Assembly: GCA_044341025.1 (NCBI GenBank)
Contig: JBIISM010000003.1
Span: 28,308-92,307, forward strand
Source: Bacteroidia bacterium
GTDB lineage: Bacteria; Bacteroidota; Bacteroidia; NS11-12g; UBA955
DNA length: 64,000 bases
Direction of reading: 5' to 3'
This document shows positions 49,122 to 60,079 of the stretch, piece after piece (the first letter of the stretch is position 1; each line of letters opens with the position of its first letter). Below the pieces are notes generated by a model. It had not been told where the DNA came from, did not search any database, and saw nothing but the letters and a program-made list of their open reading frames with translations. The position numbers and the translations under genes were made by a program.

Positions 49122-50501
49122 ATGGAATTAAATTTCAATAAAATCGACAATCTAAACGCTACCTTAGTTGTAACTTTAGAACAAGCGGATTACGCACCCT
49201 CAGTAGAAAAAGAACTTAAAAAACAGCAAAAACAAGCCGTTATAAAAGGTTTCAGACCAGGTGCTGCACCCATGGGCATGATTAAAAGCATGTATGCCAA
49301 AAGTATTTTAGCCGAGGAAATTAACCGTTTGGCAAGCAATGGCCTTTACGATTATTTGAAAGAACAAAGCATCGACATCATCGCCCAACCACTTCCTAGC
49401 GAAACCATTGAATCAGATATAGACATCGAAAAAGGGGAAACTTTTGTTTTTGCTTTTGATCTAGGCCTTGCTCCAATATTCGATTTTAACATCAGCAATA
49501 AAGATTCTTTAGATAAATACGTCATTGCAGTTGACGATGCTGAAGTTGATAAAGAAATTGAAAACTTAGGCAAACGTTATGGCAAATTAGAAACAGTTGA
49601 AGTTTCTGAAGAAAAAGACGTTATTTATGCTACCGCTACTGAACTAAACGAAAGCAACACGTCTTTCGAAGGTGGTGTGAACGATAAAGAAATTTCTTTT
49701 ACTGCCGATTTAATTACCGACGAAGCGGTTAAAAAACAATTAAGCGGTGTTCAAGCTGGTACTGTTTTGAATTTAAACATATACAGTTTATTCAACGAAA
49801 ACCATACAGTAATTGCTAGCACTTTAGGCATTGCAAAAGAAGCGGTTGCAGATTTGAATCCAACGTTCAAAATCAGCATCACTGAAATTAAAAGACAAAT
49901 CCCTGCTGAATTAAACCAAGAGTTATTCGACCAAGTAATGGGTGAAGGTGTCGTTACAGAAATCGAAGCATTCAGAGCTAAAATCAAAGAAAATCTAGAA
50001 ACTTACTATAAAAACGAAAGCGACCAACAAGTAGAGCATATGATATCTCACCTTTTAGAGGAGAAACACGAAGTGCCGCTTCCTAACGAATTCTTGAAAA
50101 GATGGTTGTTGAATACCAAAGAAGAGCAATATTCTGCTGAGAATATCGACGAGCGCTACGAAAACGAATCGAAAGTTTTGAAAGAAATTTTAATCCGTGA
50201 AAAAGCAGCTACACAATATGAATTAAAAGTTGAACAAAAAGACATTGAAGATGCTTCTTTAGGTTACACCCTGTCGTTGTTCCGCAACTATGGCATGCAA
50301 AATCCTGATTTCGAATTTGTGAAAAAATTCAGTGATGACAGTTTGAAAAAACGCGATTACATTGAACAAATGAACGACATCGCCATCAGACGTAAAGTGT
50401 ACAACCAGGTTAAAGAAATTATTTCTTACAACGAAAAACCTGTGAGCATTGAGGAATTCTATAAACTTATAGAAACCCATAACCACCAGCACCAGCACTA
50501 A
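49122..50501 (+). CDS. tig: Trigger factor
   Basis: IKGFRPGAAP ribosome-binding signature, LPNEFLKRWL; precedes clpP-clpX. Confidence 0.92.
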   Translation: MELNFNKIDNLNATLVVTLEQADYAPSVEKELKKQQKQAVIKGFRPGAAPMGMIKSMYAKSILAEEINRLASNGLYDYLKEQSIDIIAQPLPSETIESDIDIEKGETFVFAFDLGLAPIFDFNISNKDSLDKYVIAVDDAEVDKEIENLGKRYGKLETVEVSEEKDVIYATATELNESNTSFEGGVNDKEISFTADLITDEAVKKQLSGVQAGTVLNLNIYSLFNENHTVIASTLGIAKEAVADLNPTFKISITEIKRQIPAELNQELFDQVMGEGVVTEIEAFRAKIKENLETYYKNESDQQVEHMISHLLEEKHEVPLPNEFLKRWLLNTKEEQYSAENIDERYENESKVLKEILIREKAATQYELKVEQKDIEDASLGYTLSLFRNYGMQNPDFEFVKKFSDDSLKKRDYIEQMNDIAIRRKVYNQVKEIISYNEKPVSIEEFYKLIETHNHQHQH

Positions 50502-50654
50502 GTAAACGCATTTTGCTTGTAACAAACTATTATTTGAACCGTTTGTTATATTAGACGAGCTTGTTTAAAATAATATCGAAAAGGCCAAAACTAAATTTGC
50601 GCCTTTTTGTCATTAAAGCTAAATTTGTACTATTATTGTTTATCATCAAATACC

Positions 50655-51350
50655 ATGAACCAAGGAAACGAATTTAAAAAATATGCTACCAAACATTTAG
50701 GATTAAATAGTTTGATGGTAGACCGCTACATAAATAGCACCACGCCTTCTGGAATTACCAATCTTACCCCAAATATCATTGAAGAGCGTCCATTAAACAT
50801 CGCTGCTATGGACATTTTCTCAAGATTGATGATGGACAGAATTATTTTCTTAGGTGTGCCAATTAACGATGAGGTTGCCAATATTGTAATGGGTCAACTT
50901 CTATTTTTAGAAAGCTCTAATCCAAACAGAGACATCCAAATATACATCAACAGCCCAGGTGGAAGCGTTTATGCAGGTTTAGGCATATACGACACGATGC
51001 AGTTTATTCCAAGTGATGTAAGCACCATTTGCACCGGTATGGCTGCAAGTATGGCTGCAGTATTAATGTGCGCTGGAGAGAAAGGTAAACGAACCGCTTT
51101 AAAACATAGCCGTGTAATGATACACCAGCCGCTGGGTGGTGTGCAAGGTCAAGCAACCGAAATTGAAATTACCTACAAAGAAATTTCAAAACTAAAAAAA
51201 GAACTATACGATATCATTTCTATACACTCTGGTCAACCTTTCGAAAAAGTTGAACACGACAGCGATAGAGACTTTTGGATGACCTCTGAAGAAGCCAAAG
51301 CCTATGGCATGGTTGATGAAGTGTTAACCAGAAGCAATGACAAAAAATAA
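50655..51350 (+). CDS. clpP: ATP-dependent Clp protease proteolytic subunit
   Basis: DIFSRLMMDRIIFL, YINSPGG, GMAASMA, RVMIHQP; start moved to MNQGNEF. Confidence 0.96.
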   Translation: MNQGNEFKKYATKHLGLNSLMVDRYINSTTPSGITNLTPNIIEERPLNIAAMDIFSRLMMDRIIFLGVPINDEVANIVMGQLLFLESSNPNRDIQIYINSPGGSVYAGLGIYDTMQFIPSDVSTICTGMAASMAAVLMCAGEKGKRTALKHSRVMIHQPLGGVQGQATEIEITYKEISKLKKELYDIISIHSGQPFEKVEHDSDRDFWMTSEEAKAYGMVDEVLTRSNDKK

Positions 51351-52585
51351 TGGCAAGTAAAAAAACAGGGTCTTTCTGCTCCTTTTGTGGCAAACCAAAA
51401 GATGAAGCTACTATGCTGATTTCTGGCATAGAGGCTAATATCTGCGATGCATGTGTAGAACAAGCATCTAAAATTGTTGAGGTTGAATTTGGAAATACCG
51501 CTAAAAGCAAAAAACAGTCTGGTGATTTACGCCTTAATTTGCTTAAACCACAAGAAATTAAAAAGCATCTGGATGAATATGTCATTGGACAAGACCAAGC
51601 TAAAAAAGTTTTAGCTGTTTCGATATATAACCACTATAAGCGCATCCTAAATGCAGGCGATAAAGATGAGGTTGAGATCGAAAAATCAAACGTGCTTTTA
51701 GTTGGTGAAACCGGAACCGGTAAAACACTTTTAGTGCGCACCCTTGCGAAAATTTTAAAAGTGCCTTTTTGCATTGCAGATGCCACTGTTCTAACAGAAG
51801 CTGGTTATGTTGGTGAAGACGTTGAAAGCGTTATATCGCGTTTATACCAAGCAAGCGACTACGACGCAGATGCGACCCAAAAAGGCATTGTGTACATAGA
51901 TGAAATTGACAAAATTGCCCGCAAAGGCGACAACCCTTCCATCAGCCGTGATGTTAGTGGTGAAGGTGTTCAACAAGGTTTGTTAAAATTACTTGAAGGT
52001 ACAATCGCGAACATTGCACCAGAAGGTGGCAGAAAACACCCTGATCAAAAGTTTGTCAAAATTGATACCCGCAATATTTTATTCATATGCGGAGGTGCTT
52101 TCAATGGCATAGAAAAACTAATTGCAAAACGACTCAATAATTCCTCTATCGGATTTAACTCCACCAAAAAAGACCGCATTAAAGATTCAGATTTAATTGA
52201 GCAGATAGCCCCCTCAGATTTGAAGTCATTCGGACTTATACCCGAAATTATTGGTAGAATGCCAATGATTACATATTTGCAACCATTGGACCGCGAAGCA
52301 CTTCAAAACATTTTGGTTAAACCAAAAAATGCCCTGCTTAAACAATACGTCAAACTGATGGATTTGGAAGGCATTAAATTAAGTTTTGACAAAAAAGCCA
52401 TAGACCTAATTGTCAGCAAAGCTGTTGAATTTAAGCTTGGTGCCCGCGGACTTAGAACCATTTGCGAAAAGCTAATGCTCGATGTCATGTACGATGCACC
52501 TTCTATGAAGGAAAAAGAAATTACCATTACTTCCGATATGGTGGTGAGCAAATTGGCCGATTTGGACGCCACTAAAGCTGCTTAA
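51350..52585 (+). CDS. clpX: ATP-dependent Clp protease ATP-binding subunit ClpX
   Basis: CSFCGK..ICDAC zinc finger, [28 protein letters not shown]. Confidence 0.96.
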   Translation: MASKKTGSFCSFCGKPKDEATMLISGIEANICDACVEQASKIVEVEFGNTAKSKKQSGDLRLNLLKPQEIKKHLDEYVIGQDQAKKVLAVSIYNHYKRILNAGDKDEVEIEKSNVLLVGETGTGKTLLVRTLAKILKVPFCIADATVLTEAGYVGEDVESVISRLYQASDYDADATQKGIVYIDEIDKIARKGDNPSISRDVSGEGVQQGLLKLLEGTIANIAPEGGRKHPDQKFVKIDTRNILFICGGAFNGIEKLIAKRLNNSSIGFNSTKKDRIKDSDLIEQIAPSDLKSFGLIPEIIGRMPMITYLQPLDREALQNILVKPKNALLKQYVKLMDLEGIKLSFDKKAIDLIVSKAVEFKLGARGLRTICEKLMLDVMYDAPSMKEKEITITSDMVVSKLADLDATKAA

Positions 52586-52588
52586 ACC

Positions 52589-53212
52589 ATGGACGCCCTT
52601 AAAGCTGCATTTCCAAATTTTGAAGCAGGTTTAGTTGAAGGCATTGAAACACATGCTGTACATAAACATTTAAAAGCCGGCGAAGTCATTATACGCACGG
52701 GGCAATACATTCAAAGCACCTTGCTGGTTTTAAGTGGAAAAATTAAAATATTCCGCGAAGACCAAGAGGGCAATGAGTTTTTAATGTATTACCTCTTGCC
52801 TGGTCAAGCCTGCGCTGTATCAATGATATGCGCCACCAAAATGGAAACCAGCCAAATAATGGCAAAGGTTCTTGAAGATGCAGAAGTCCTTATGATTCCT
52901 CTGCAACAAATGGAATCGTGGATGGCCAATTACAAATCGTGGTATGAATTTGTCATCAATACCTACCGCAACCGTTTTGACGAATTGTTAACGGTAATAG
53001 ACCAAGTGGCTTTTAGAGGTATGGACGAGCGTTTAGAATTTTATCTTAAACGCCAAGCCGAAAACCTAGGTCAAAAAAACATCAACATCTCCCACCAAGA
53101 AGTGGCCAACGAACTCAACTCAAGCCGAGAAGTTATCTCACGCCTACTCAAAAAAATGGAACAAAGGGGCTTGGTCAAATTACACCGCAACCACATTGAG
53201 TTGCTGGATTAA
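52589..53212 (+). CDS. Crp/Fnr family transcriptional regulator
   Basis: cNMP-like N-domain (YYLLPGQACAVS) and HTH SHQEVANELNSSREVISRLLK. Confidence 0.9.
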   Translation: MDALKAAFPNFEAGLVEGIETHAVHKHLKAGEVIIRTGQYIQSTLLVLSGKIKIFREDQEGNEFLMYYLLPGQACAVSMICATKMETSQIMAKVLEDAEVLMIPLQQMESWMANYKSWYEFVINTYRNRFDELLTVIDQVAFRGMDERLEFYLKRQAENLGQKNINISHQEVANELNSSREVISRLLKKMEQRGLVKLHRNHIELLD

Positions 53213-53281
53213 TAGGCCCTGAAAATTGCTAAAATTTTGTGCAAATGAACTCTACAAATTGTAGTAATTTGCCCTTCGGTT

Positions 53282-55192
53282 ATGATGTCTCCTGAATCCA
53301 TATTAGAACAATATTTTGGCCACTCTTCGTTTAGGCCATTGCAGAAAGATATTGTAGAAAATGTGCTCAATGGAAATGACACCATAGCCCTATTGCCAAC
53401 AGGTGGCGGCAAGTCGGTTTGTTTTCAAGTGCCCGCCATGATCCTGGATGGTTTGTGCATAGTAGTTACGCCTCTGATTGCCCTAATGAAGGATCAGGTT
53501 GAAAATTTGAAACACAAAAATATTCAAGCCATTGCGCTTTATAGTGGCATGAGCCATAGAGAAATTGAGTTTGAACTTGAAAATTGTGTCAATGGAAAAT
53601 ACAAGTTTTTGTATGTGTCGCCTGAGCGTTTAATGAGCCAACATTTTTTGAGCTTTGCCATACACATGCCCCTCAATTTTTTGGCCATAGACGAGGCGCA
53701 TTGTATTTCTCAATGGGGCTATGATTTTAGGCCTTCTTATTTAAAAATTGCGGACTTCAAACTGAAATTTCAAAACCTCAAGTGCATTGCTCTAACCGCA
53801 TCGGCAACACCTGAAGTTTTAAAGGATATAGAAGCCAAACTTGAACTCAAAAACACAGGTATTTTTAGCAAGAGTTTTAGCCGGTCCAATCTCTCTTATG
53901 TGGTGCAAGAGGAAGAGAATAAATTGGAAAAAATAAAATTAATTTGCAAGAAGATTCAGGGCACTGGTTTGGTGTATGTAAAAAGCCGAAAAAAGACTTT
54001 GGAAATTGCGCATTTTTTAAGTCAGAACGACATCTCTGCCGACCATTACCACGCGGGTCTTGATGTTGAATTGCGCACCCAAAAACAAGACAATTGGAAA
54101 AACAATAAAACCCGTGTCATGGTGTGCACCAATGCGTTTGGCATGGGTATAGACAAGCCGGAAGTGCGCTTTGTTATTCACCATCAAAAACCTGATACCC
54201 TTGAAGCCTATTACCAAGAAGCTGGAAGGGCCGGTCGGGATGGTCAAAAATCGTATTGTATTTTGCTGAGTCACCCAGTTGACTTTATAGAAGATGAAAA
54301 AAATATAGCCAACAAATACCCCAGTCCAAAAGACATCGCAAGGGTGTATGAGTTGATTTGCAATTATATAAAAGTAGCTGTAGGTTCGGGACAGGGTCAA
54401 AGTTTTGACTTTGATATCAATGGGCTTGCCACTTACTTTAATATTCCGGCCAATTTGGTGTACAATGCTTTAAGAATACTGGAGTCTGATGGCTATTTTC
54501 AAGCCAGCGAATCGGTGCACTTGCCCTCGCGCATGCGTATTCGCTGCTCTTACAATGAGTTGTACGAATGGCAATTGCAGAACGAAGGTGTGGATGCCTT
54601 GTTTAAGGTCTTGCTGCGCTCATATGGTGGCTTGTTCGATTTCTACACCAACATTTACGAATATGAAATTGCCCGCCGTTTGCAAAAACCAGAACGCTGG
54701 GTGAAAGAACAACTGTCTAAGCTCAAGAAGATTGAGATTATAGACTATATCCCTCAAAACAATAAACCGCAATTGTATTTGTTGGAAAACCGTTTGTCTT
54801 CCATACACATTTCAGAAGACAGAATTGCTTTCTTGCGCAGCAGGTATGGAGAAAAGCTCGAATATATGAACAAGTATGTGCGCAACAAAACCGAATGTCG
54901 TTCGGTAAATTTGGTGGACTATTTTGGCGAAAAAAACGGGCAAGCCTGTGGAATTTGTGATGTGTGCTTGGCCAAGAAAAAAAACTTAAGTCCAGCTGAA
55001 AGGTTTGATTTCTATTTCCCTAAAATTCAACCTTTAATTGATGCTGGTGGATTCAAATTGGAGCAATTAAAATTGAAGGTAAAATCGTCTGAAACACTTG
55101 AATATTTAAGTATATTGCGCTGGTTAAAAGACAATAATTATTTAGAGGAAAACACAGAAGGCATTTGGACATGGACGCAAAAAAAACATTGA
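53282..55192 (+). CDS. recQ: RecQ family ATP-dependent DNA helicase
   Basis: LPTGGGKS, DEAHCISQWGYDFRP, AFGMGIDK, QEAGRAGRDG, CR..CGICDVC zinc domain. Confidence 0.92.
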   Translation: MMSPESILEQYFGHSSFRPLQKDIVENVLNGNDTIALLPTGGGKSVCFQVPAMILDGLCIVVTPLIALMKDQVENLKHKNIQAIALYSGMSHREIEFELENCVNGKYKFLYVSPERLMSQHFLSFAIHMPLNFLAIDEAHCISQWGYDFRPSYLKIADFKLKFQNLKCIALTASATPEVLKDIEAKLELKNTGIFSKSFSRSNLSYVVQEEENKLEKIKLICKKIQGTGLVYVKSRKKTLEIAHFLSQNDISADHYHAGLDVELRTQKQDNWKNNKTRVMVCTNAFGMGIDKPEVRFVIHHQKPDTLEAYYQEAGRAGRDGQKSYCILLSHPVDFIEDEKNIANKYPSPKDIARVYELICNYIKVAVGSGQGQSFDFDINGLATYFNIPANLVYNALRILESDGYFQASESVHLPSRMRIRCSYNELYEWQLQNEGVDALFKVLLRSYGGLFDFYTNIYEYEIARRLQKPERWVKEQLSKLKKIEIIDYIPQNNKPQLYLLENRLSSIHISEDRIAFLRSRYGEKLEYMNKYVRNKTECRSVNLVDYFGEKNGQACGICDVCLAKKKNLSPAERFDFYFPKIQPLIDAGGFKLEQLKLKVKSSETLEYLSILRWLKDNNYLEENTEGIWTWTQKKH

Positions 55193-56271
55193 TTATTGGC
55201 CTGAGTGGTAATTTTCTTTCTGATCAAAGGATGCAGAGAATAGCCTCCGCTATTACTGAAACCTCTTGGGAACCCATTGTCTATTTCCGCGATTTCTACA
55301 AATACAAAAATGGAAAGGCTTTAAAAGTCCAGAATTTTAAGTACCAAATCCAGCCTGTGCGCTCAGTGTTTAAGTCGGGTGTTTTGTTTTATCTGTGGTT
55401 TAATCTCTTATTGTTTTTTAAGTTGCTGTTTAAAAAAACTGAGGCTTATTATGCCGTCGACAGCGACACCCTTTTGGCCTTTACCCTTTTGAGTAAATTG
55501 CACGCCAAACCCTTGGTATACGATGCCCACGAATATTTTGCTGAAGTACCTGAACTCAATGGAAAAACCTGGAAAAAGAAGCTTTGGCATTGGCTGACAC
55601 AATGGGGTGTTAAACAAGCAAAGGTTTGCATAACTGTGGGTGCAGAATTGGCCATTGAATTAGAACGGGTTTATGGCAAACCCTTTACCTGCGTGCGCAA
55701 TGTAACAGATGCAAAGCCGCAAGAAACCGTGCAGGCCTTTGAGGAAAAAACCATTATTTACCAAGGCGCTCTCAATGAAGGACGAGAATTGGAATTGCTC
55801 ATAGATGCCATGAAAGAATTACCCGATTACCATTGCTTATTGGTGGGTGAAGGCGATTTAAGTACAGCACTCAGAAAACGTGCAGAAGGCTTTGGCAACA
55901 TAGAATTTCTTGGTTTGTTAAGTCCCGAGGAATTGAAAAAAATAACCCCGAAATGTTTTTCCGGTTACAACCTTTTAGATGCCAGTGGGAGCTTAAGTTA
56001 TTACTATTCTTTGAGCAACAAATACTTCGATTACATACACGCCTCCCTACCTTCAATTTCTTCTGAATTGCCCGAATACCTTAACTTAAATGCCCAATGG
56101 AAATGTGGTGTTTGCCTTCCAAACAGCAAAGAAGCCTTGGTGAATCTATTAAACTTTTGGAAAAATAACCCTTCAGAATATGCCAAATTAAAAGAAAATA
56201 CTAAGTTTGCTGCCCAAGAGAACAACTGGACTCTTGAAAAAGAAACACTTAAAAATCTTTTCACATTCTGA
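55171..56271 (+). CDS. GT4-type glycosyltransferase
   Basis: DQRMQRI, LVYDAHEYF, IYQGALNEGR, SLSNKYFDYI. Confidence 0.85.
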   Translation: MDAKKTLIIGLSGNFLSDQRMQRIASAITETSWEPIVYFRDFYKYKNGKALKVQNFKYQIQPVRSVFKSGVLFYLWFNLLLFFKLLFKKTEAYYAVDSDTLLAFTLLSKLHAKPLVYDAHEYFAEVPELNGKTWKKKLWHWLTQWGVKQAKVCITVGAELAIELERVYGKPFTCVRNVTDAKPQETVQAFEEKTIIYQGALNEGRELELLIDAMKELPDYHCLLVGEGDLSTALRKRAEGFGNIEFLGLLSPEELKKITPKCFSGYNLLDASGSLSYYYSLSNKYFDYIHASLPSISSELPEYLNLNAQWKCGVCLPNSKEALVNLLNFWKNNPSEYAKLKENTKFAAQENNWTLEKETLKNLFTF

Positions 56272-57389
56272 AAAAGCACTTACATATCGTTGCCTTTGAT
56301 GTACCATTCCCTGCCGATTATGGAGGTGTTATAGATATTTACTATAAGATTAAAAGCCTTAAAGCATTAGGTGTTCAAATAACCTTGCACTGTTTTCAAT
56401 ACGGACGTGAAGAAGCGCCAGAATTGGAAAAACTTTGCAAAAAAGTAATTTACTACAAGCGCAGCAAGTACCGAAATCCTTTCATAGGCAATGTGCCTTA
56501 TATTGTCTTAACCCGAAGCAATGAAGCGCTTTTAGAGAATCTGTGCAAAGACCAAGCACCCATTCTTTTTGAAGGCATGCACACCACGTTCTTTTTAAAC
56601 CATAGCCGTTTAAAAGACCGAATCAAATTGGTGAGAAACCACAACATTGAGCACGATTACTACAAGAACCTTGAGTTGGTGGAGTCCAATTACTTTAAAA
56701 AGTATTTCTTTCGCAACGAATCAGACAACCTAAAACACTACGAAAAGATATTAAAACACGCCAGCAAGGTATTGGCCATTTCGCCTTCAGATAACCAGTA
56801 CTTAAACAAGAAATACCACAATTCAATGCTTGTGCCTGCATTTCATGCACAAGACGGTGTTAGCAGCAGCAAAGGCACAGGTAAGTTTATTCTCTACCAT
56901 GGAAACTTGGGTGTAGGTGAAAATAATTTTGCTGCCTTGTACTTGGTCAACGACGTGTTTTCAAAACTCGATATTCCTTGTATTATTGCAGGCAGTAACC
57001 CAAGTGATGAATTGAAAAAAGCGCTTGTAAAATACACACACATCAAGTTGGTAGACAATTGGAACAACGAACAAATAATGGATGCGGTGGCCAAAGCACA
57101 AATCAATGTTTTGCCAACCTTTCAAGGCACTGGCATAAAACTTAAACTCTTAAATGCCTTATACGCTGGACGCTATTGTTTGGTAAATACTCTAATGGTT
57201 AAAAACACCACCCTTGAGGTAGCCTGCATTATTTCTGAGAACGCCGAAGGCATGGTGCTCGACATTAAAAAATATTGGAAAACTCCATTTGGCGAGCGTG
57301 AAATTGAAGAGCGAAAAACAGTATTAGACAAGAGCATATTTAGCAATGTTAAAAACGCTCAATTGATTGTGGAAATGCTCGGTTTTTAA
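56268..57389 (+). CDS. Glycosyltransferase (GT-B), probable CTG start
   Basis: In-frame extension KKHLHIVAFDVPFPADYGGVIDIYYKIK upstream of the called TTG; HNIEHDYY, QGTGIKLKLL. Confidence 0.8.
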   Translation: MKKHLHIVAFDVPFPADYGGVIDIYYKIKSLKALGVQITLHCFQYGREEAPELEKLCKKVIYYKRSKYRNPFIGNVPYIVLTRSNEALLENLCKDQAPILFEGMHTTFFLNHSRLKDRIKLVRNHNIEHDYYKNLELVESNYFKKYFFRNESDNLKHYEKILKHASKVLAISPSDNQYLNKKYHNSMLVPAFHAQDGVSSSKGTGKFILYHGNLGVGENNFAALYLVNDVFSKLDIPCIIAGSNPSDELKKALVKYTHIKLVDNWNNEQIMDAVAKAQINVLPTFQGTGIKLKLLNALYAGRYCLVNTLMVKNTTLEVACIISENAEGMVLDIKKYWKTPFGEREIEERKTVLDKSIFSNVKNAQLIVEMLGF

Positions 57390-57493
57390 ATCGGATAAAT
57401 TGTGTGTAGTATTCGATTGAAGGCTTGGTAAACCATTCAAAAAATAATTACTTTTGTATGCGTGCCTCTCTCAGCACAAACAAACCTCATTAA

Positions 57494-59311
57494 ATGGATT
57501 GCATCAAACTCTTACCAGATAACATAGCCAATCAGATTGCAGCTGGTGAAGTGGTGCAAAGACCCGCTTCGGTAGTTAAAGAACTTTTGGAAAACGCTTT
57601 GGATGCCGGTGCCACAGACATTAAACTTATTGTCAAAGAAGCTGGCATTTTACTGATACAAACCTTAGATAATGGAGGCGGAATGAGTGTAACCGATTCC
57701 CGCATGTGTTGGGAAAGACATGCCACTTCAAAGATTAGTGTTGCCGACGATTTGTTTCGTTTGAGAAGTTTTGGTTTTAGAGGTGAAGCCTTGGCATCAA
57801 TTGCCGCTATTGCGCATGTTGAGATGAAAACCAAACGCAGGGAGGATGAGCTTGGCACCTTGGTTAAAATTGAAGGCAGCAAAGTAACGGAGCAAAGTCC
57901 TGTAGCTTGCCACAACGGCACGCAATTCTCCATTAAAAATTTATTTTACAATGTGCCCGCAAGGCGCAATTTTTTAAAAAGCATACCGGTAGAGCTGCGC
58001 CATATTATCGATGAATTTACCCGCGTTGCCATGCCCCATCCGCAGATTGCGTTTAGCATGACCCACAACGACAAAGAGGTATTCGATTTAAAACCAGGCT
58101 CTGCCTCTCAACGCATCGCAGAACTCCTGAGCCGCAAAAACGATAAAGACTTCTTGTCTGTTGACGAAAGCCACGACCTACTTGTGGTTAAAGGTTTTGT
58201 GGGCAAACCAGAAACCGCCAAAAAAACCAGAGGCGAACAGTTTTTATTCGTCAACAACCGTTTCATCAAAGACCATTATTTGAACCATGCCATTGTAAAT
58301 GCATACGATCAAATGATTGGCAAGGACCAATTTCCTTTGTATGTTTTGTTTTTAGAGATAGAACCAAGGCGCATTGATGTGAACATTCACCCCACCAAAA
58401 CTGAAATAAAATTCGACGACGAGCGCGCCATTTATTCACTGGTGAAATCTGCTGTGCGCAAGGCCTTAGGCCAATACACAGCCATGCCTGAAATTGAGTT
58501 TAACGACCCTAATGTATTTAACCCCGTTGGATTTATAAAACCTCAACACGCAGGCATGAACCTTTCTCAAAGTCCTGAGGTAAAGGTCGACCGCTCATAC
58601 AATCCTTTTAGTGGCAACAGCATGAACATTCGCAATGTTCAAAGCAAGCAGTGGGCCACAATGTTTGGCAACCCTTACCTTGATGAGCAGGCACCACAAA
58701 CCTTGCAAACTTCTGATAAATTTATTCCCTTCGTGCAAAAGAAGAACAGAATAGATGAAGCCTTTCAATTGCCAGATGGATTTATAGTGGCTAAAAAAGA
58801 TCACCAATTAATACTGGTCGATCAGCGTGCTGCCCACGAACGCATCTTGTTTGAAAAGTACGTCCAAAACATCAACAACAGAAAAGCGCCGATACAACAA
58901 TTGCTGTTTCCGCGCACCATTGAACTGTCTAAGCACGACTATGCCCTAGCACACGAAATAATGGAAGAGATGCGTGATATTGGCTTTGACGTGGCCGACT
59001 TTGGCACCAATTGCTTAATTATAAACGGTGTGCCCGCAGAAACGGCCAAGGGCAGTGAAAAAGAACTCCTGGAAGGCTTATTGGAATATTTTAAACACCA
59101 TGCCAATGAATTTGCCGGCGACAAGCGCAAAGCCCTGGCTTTGGCCTTGGCTCAAAATGAAGCCATACTTAGAAGCAAAACCATGGGACAAGAAGAATTA
59201 ATAGGCTTGCTCGAGCGTTTGTTTGCTTGTGAAACACCTGGCAGCAGGCCAAATGGAAAACCTGTATACATAGAACTAAACCAAGAAAAAATTGCAGATC
59301 TTTTTAGGTAA
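57494..59311 (+). CDS. mutL: DNA mismatch repair endonuclease MutL
   Basis: IAAGEVVQRPASVVKELLEN, FGFRGEALASI, DVNIHPTK, DQRAAHERI. Confidence 0.96.
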   Translation: MDCIKLLPDNIANQIAAGEVVQRPASVVKELLENALDAGATDIKLIVKEAGILLIQTLDNGGGMSVTDSRMCWERHATSKISVADDLFRLRSFGFRGEALASIAAIAHVEMKTKRREDELGTLVKIEGSKVTEQSPVACHNGTQFSIKNLFYNVPARRNFLKSIPVELRHIIDEFTRVAMPHPQIAFSMTHNDKEVFDLKPGSASQRIAELLSRKNDKDFLSVDESHDLLVVKGFVGKPETAKKTRGEQFLFVNNRFIKDHYLNHAIVNAYDQMIGKDQFPLYVLFLEIEPRRIDVNIHPTKTEIKFDDERAIYSLVKSAVRKALGQYTAMPEIEFNDPNVFNPVGFIKPQHAGMNLSQSPEVKVDRSYNPFSGNSMNIRNVQSKQWATMFGNPYLDEQAPQTLQTSDKFIPFVQKKNRIDEAFQLPDGFIVAKKDHQLILVDQRAAHERILFEKYVQNINNRKAPIQQLLFPRTIELSKHDYALAHEIMEEMRDIGFDVADFGTNCLIINGVPAETAKGSEKELLEGLLEYFKHHANEFAGDKRKALALALAQNEAILRSKTMGQEELIGLLERLFACETPGSRPNGKPVYIELNQEKIADLFR

Positions 59312-59316
59312 TACAC

Positions 59317-60057
59317 ATGAATAGAATTGAAATAACCCCAGTCATTAAACAAATACTCATCGCTTGCGTGGTTTTGTTTTTGGGCACCTATCTTTTAGAA
59401 TCAAGAAATGCATACGATTTGAATGGCTTATTGGCCATGCACTTCCCAAACTCACCTTTATTTAAGCCATGGCAAATTATCACCCACATGTTTATGCATG
59501 GTGGCATTGCCCATTTGGCGTTTAACATGTTTGCTTTGGTGTCCATGGGTGTGATTATTGAAAAAGTAATGGGTGGTCAGCGTTTTGTCAAATTGTACTT
59601 TTATTCTGGTTTGGGTGCCATTGCCTTACACCTTGGCATACAGGTTTGGCAAGTGCACAGCATAACAGGCTTGTGGTTTCCCAGCATGTCTGATATGGGC
59701 TTAAAAATTGATGGCGAACAAATATTTTCAAACGGTTCGGTTATTACCAGCAAAGAAGACTTAAACAAATTGGGCGGTATATATTTCCAAACTTTATTGG
59801 GTGCCAGTGGTGCCATTTATGGCGTGGTGGTGGCCTTTGCCTTTTTGTTTCCCAATACCGAATTGATGTTGATGTTTATTCCCTATCCCATCAAAGCAAA
59901 GTATCTTGTACCAGGCTTAATTGCTGTCGATTTAGTTTTTGGTATCAGCAATTTCAGCGGCGATTCAATTGCCCACTTTGCCCATATTGGTGGTGCCATT
60001 ACTGGTTTAATCTTGGTATACTTCTGGCGCAAGAAGGACAGAAGTCATTTTTGGTAA
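59317..60057 (+). CDS. Rhomboid family intramembrane serine protease
   Basis: HMFMHG, HLAFNM, GASGA catalytic Ser, AHFAHIGGA. Confidence 0.92.
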   Translation: MNRIEITPVIKQILIACVVLFLGTYLLESRNAYDLNGLLAMHFPNSPLFKPWQIITHMFMHGGIAHLAFNMFALVSMGVIIEKVMGGQRFVKLYFYSGLGAIALHLGIQVWQVHSITGLWFPSMSDMGLKIDGEQIFSNGSVITSKEDLNKLGGIYFQTLLGASGAIYGVVVAFAFLFPNTELMLMFIPYPIKAKYLVPGLIAVDLVFGISNFSGDSIAHFAHIGGAITGLILVYFWRKKDRSHFW

Positions 60058-60079
60058 TACAAAAATGAATTTATAATGT

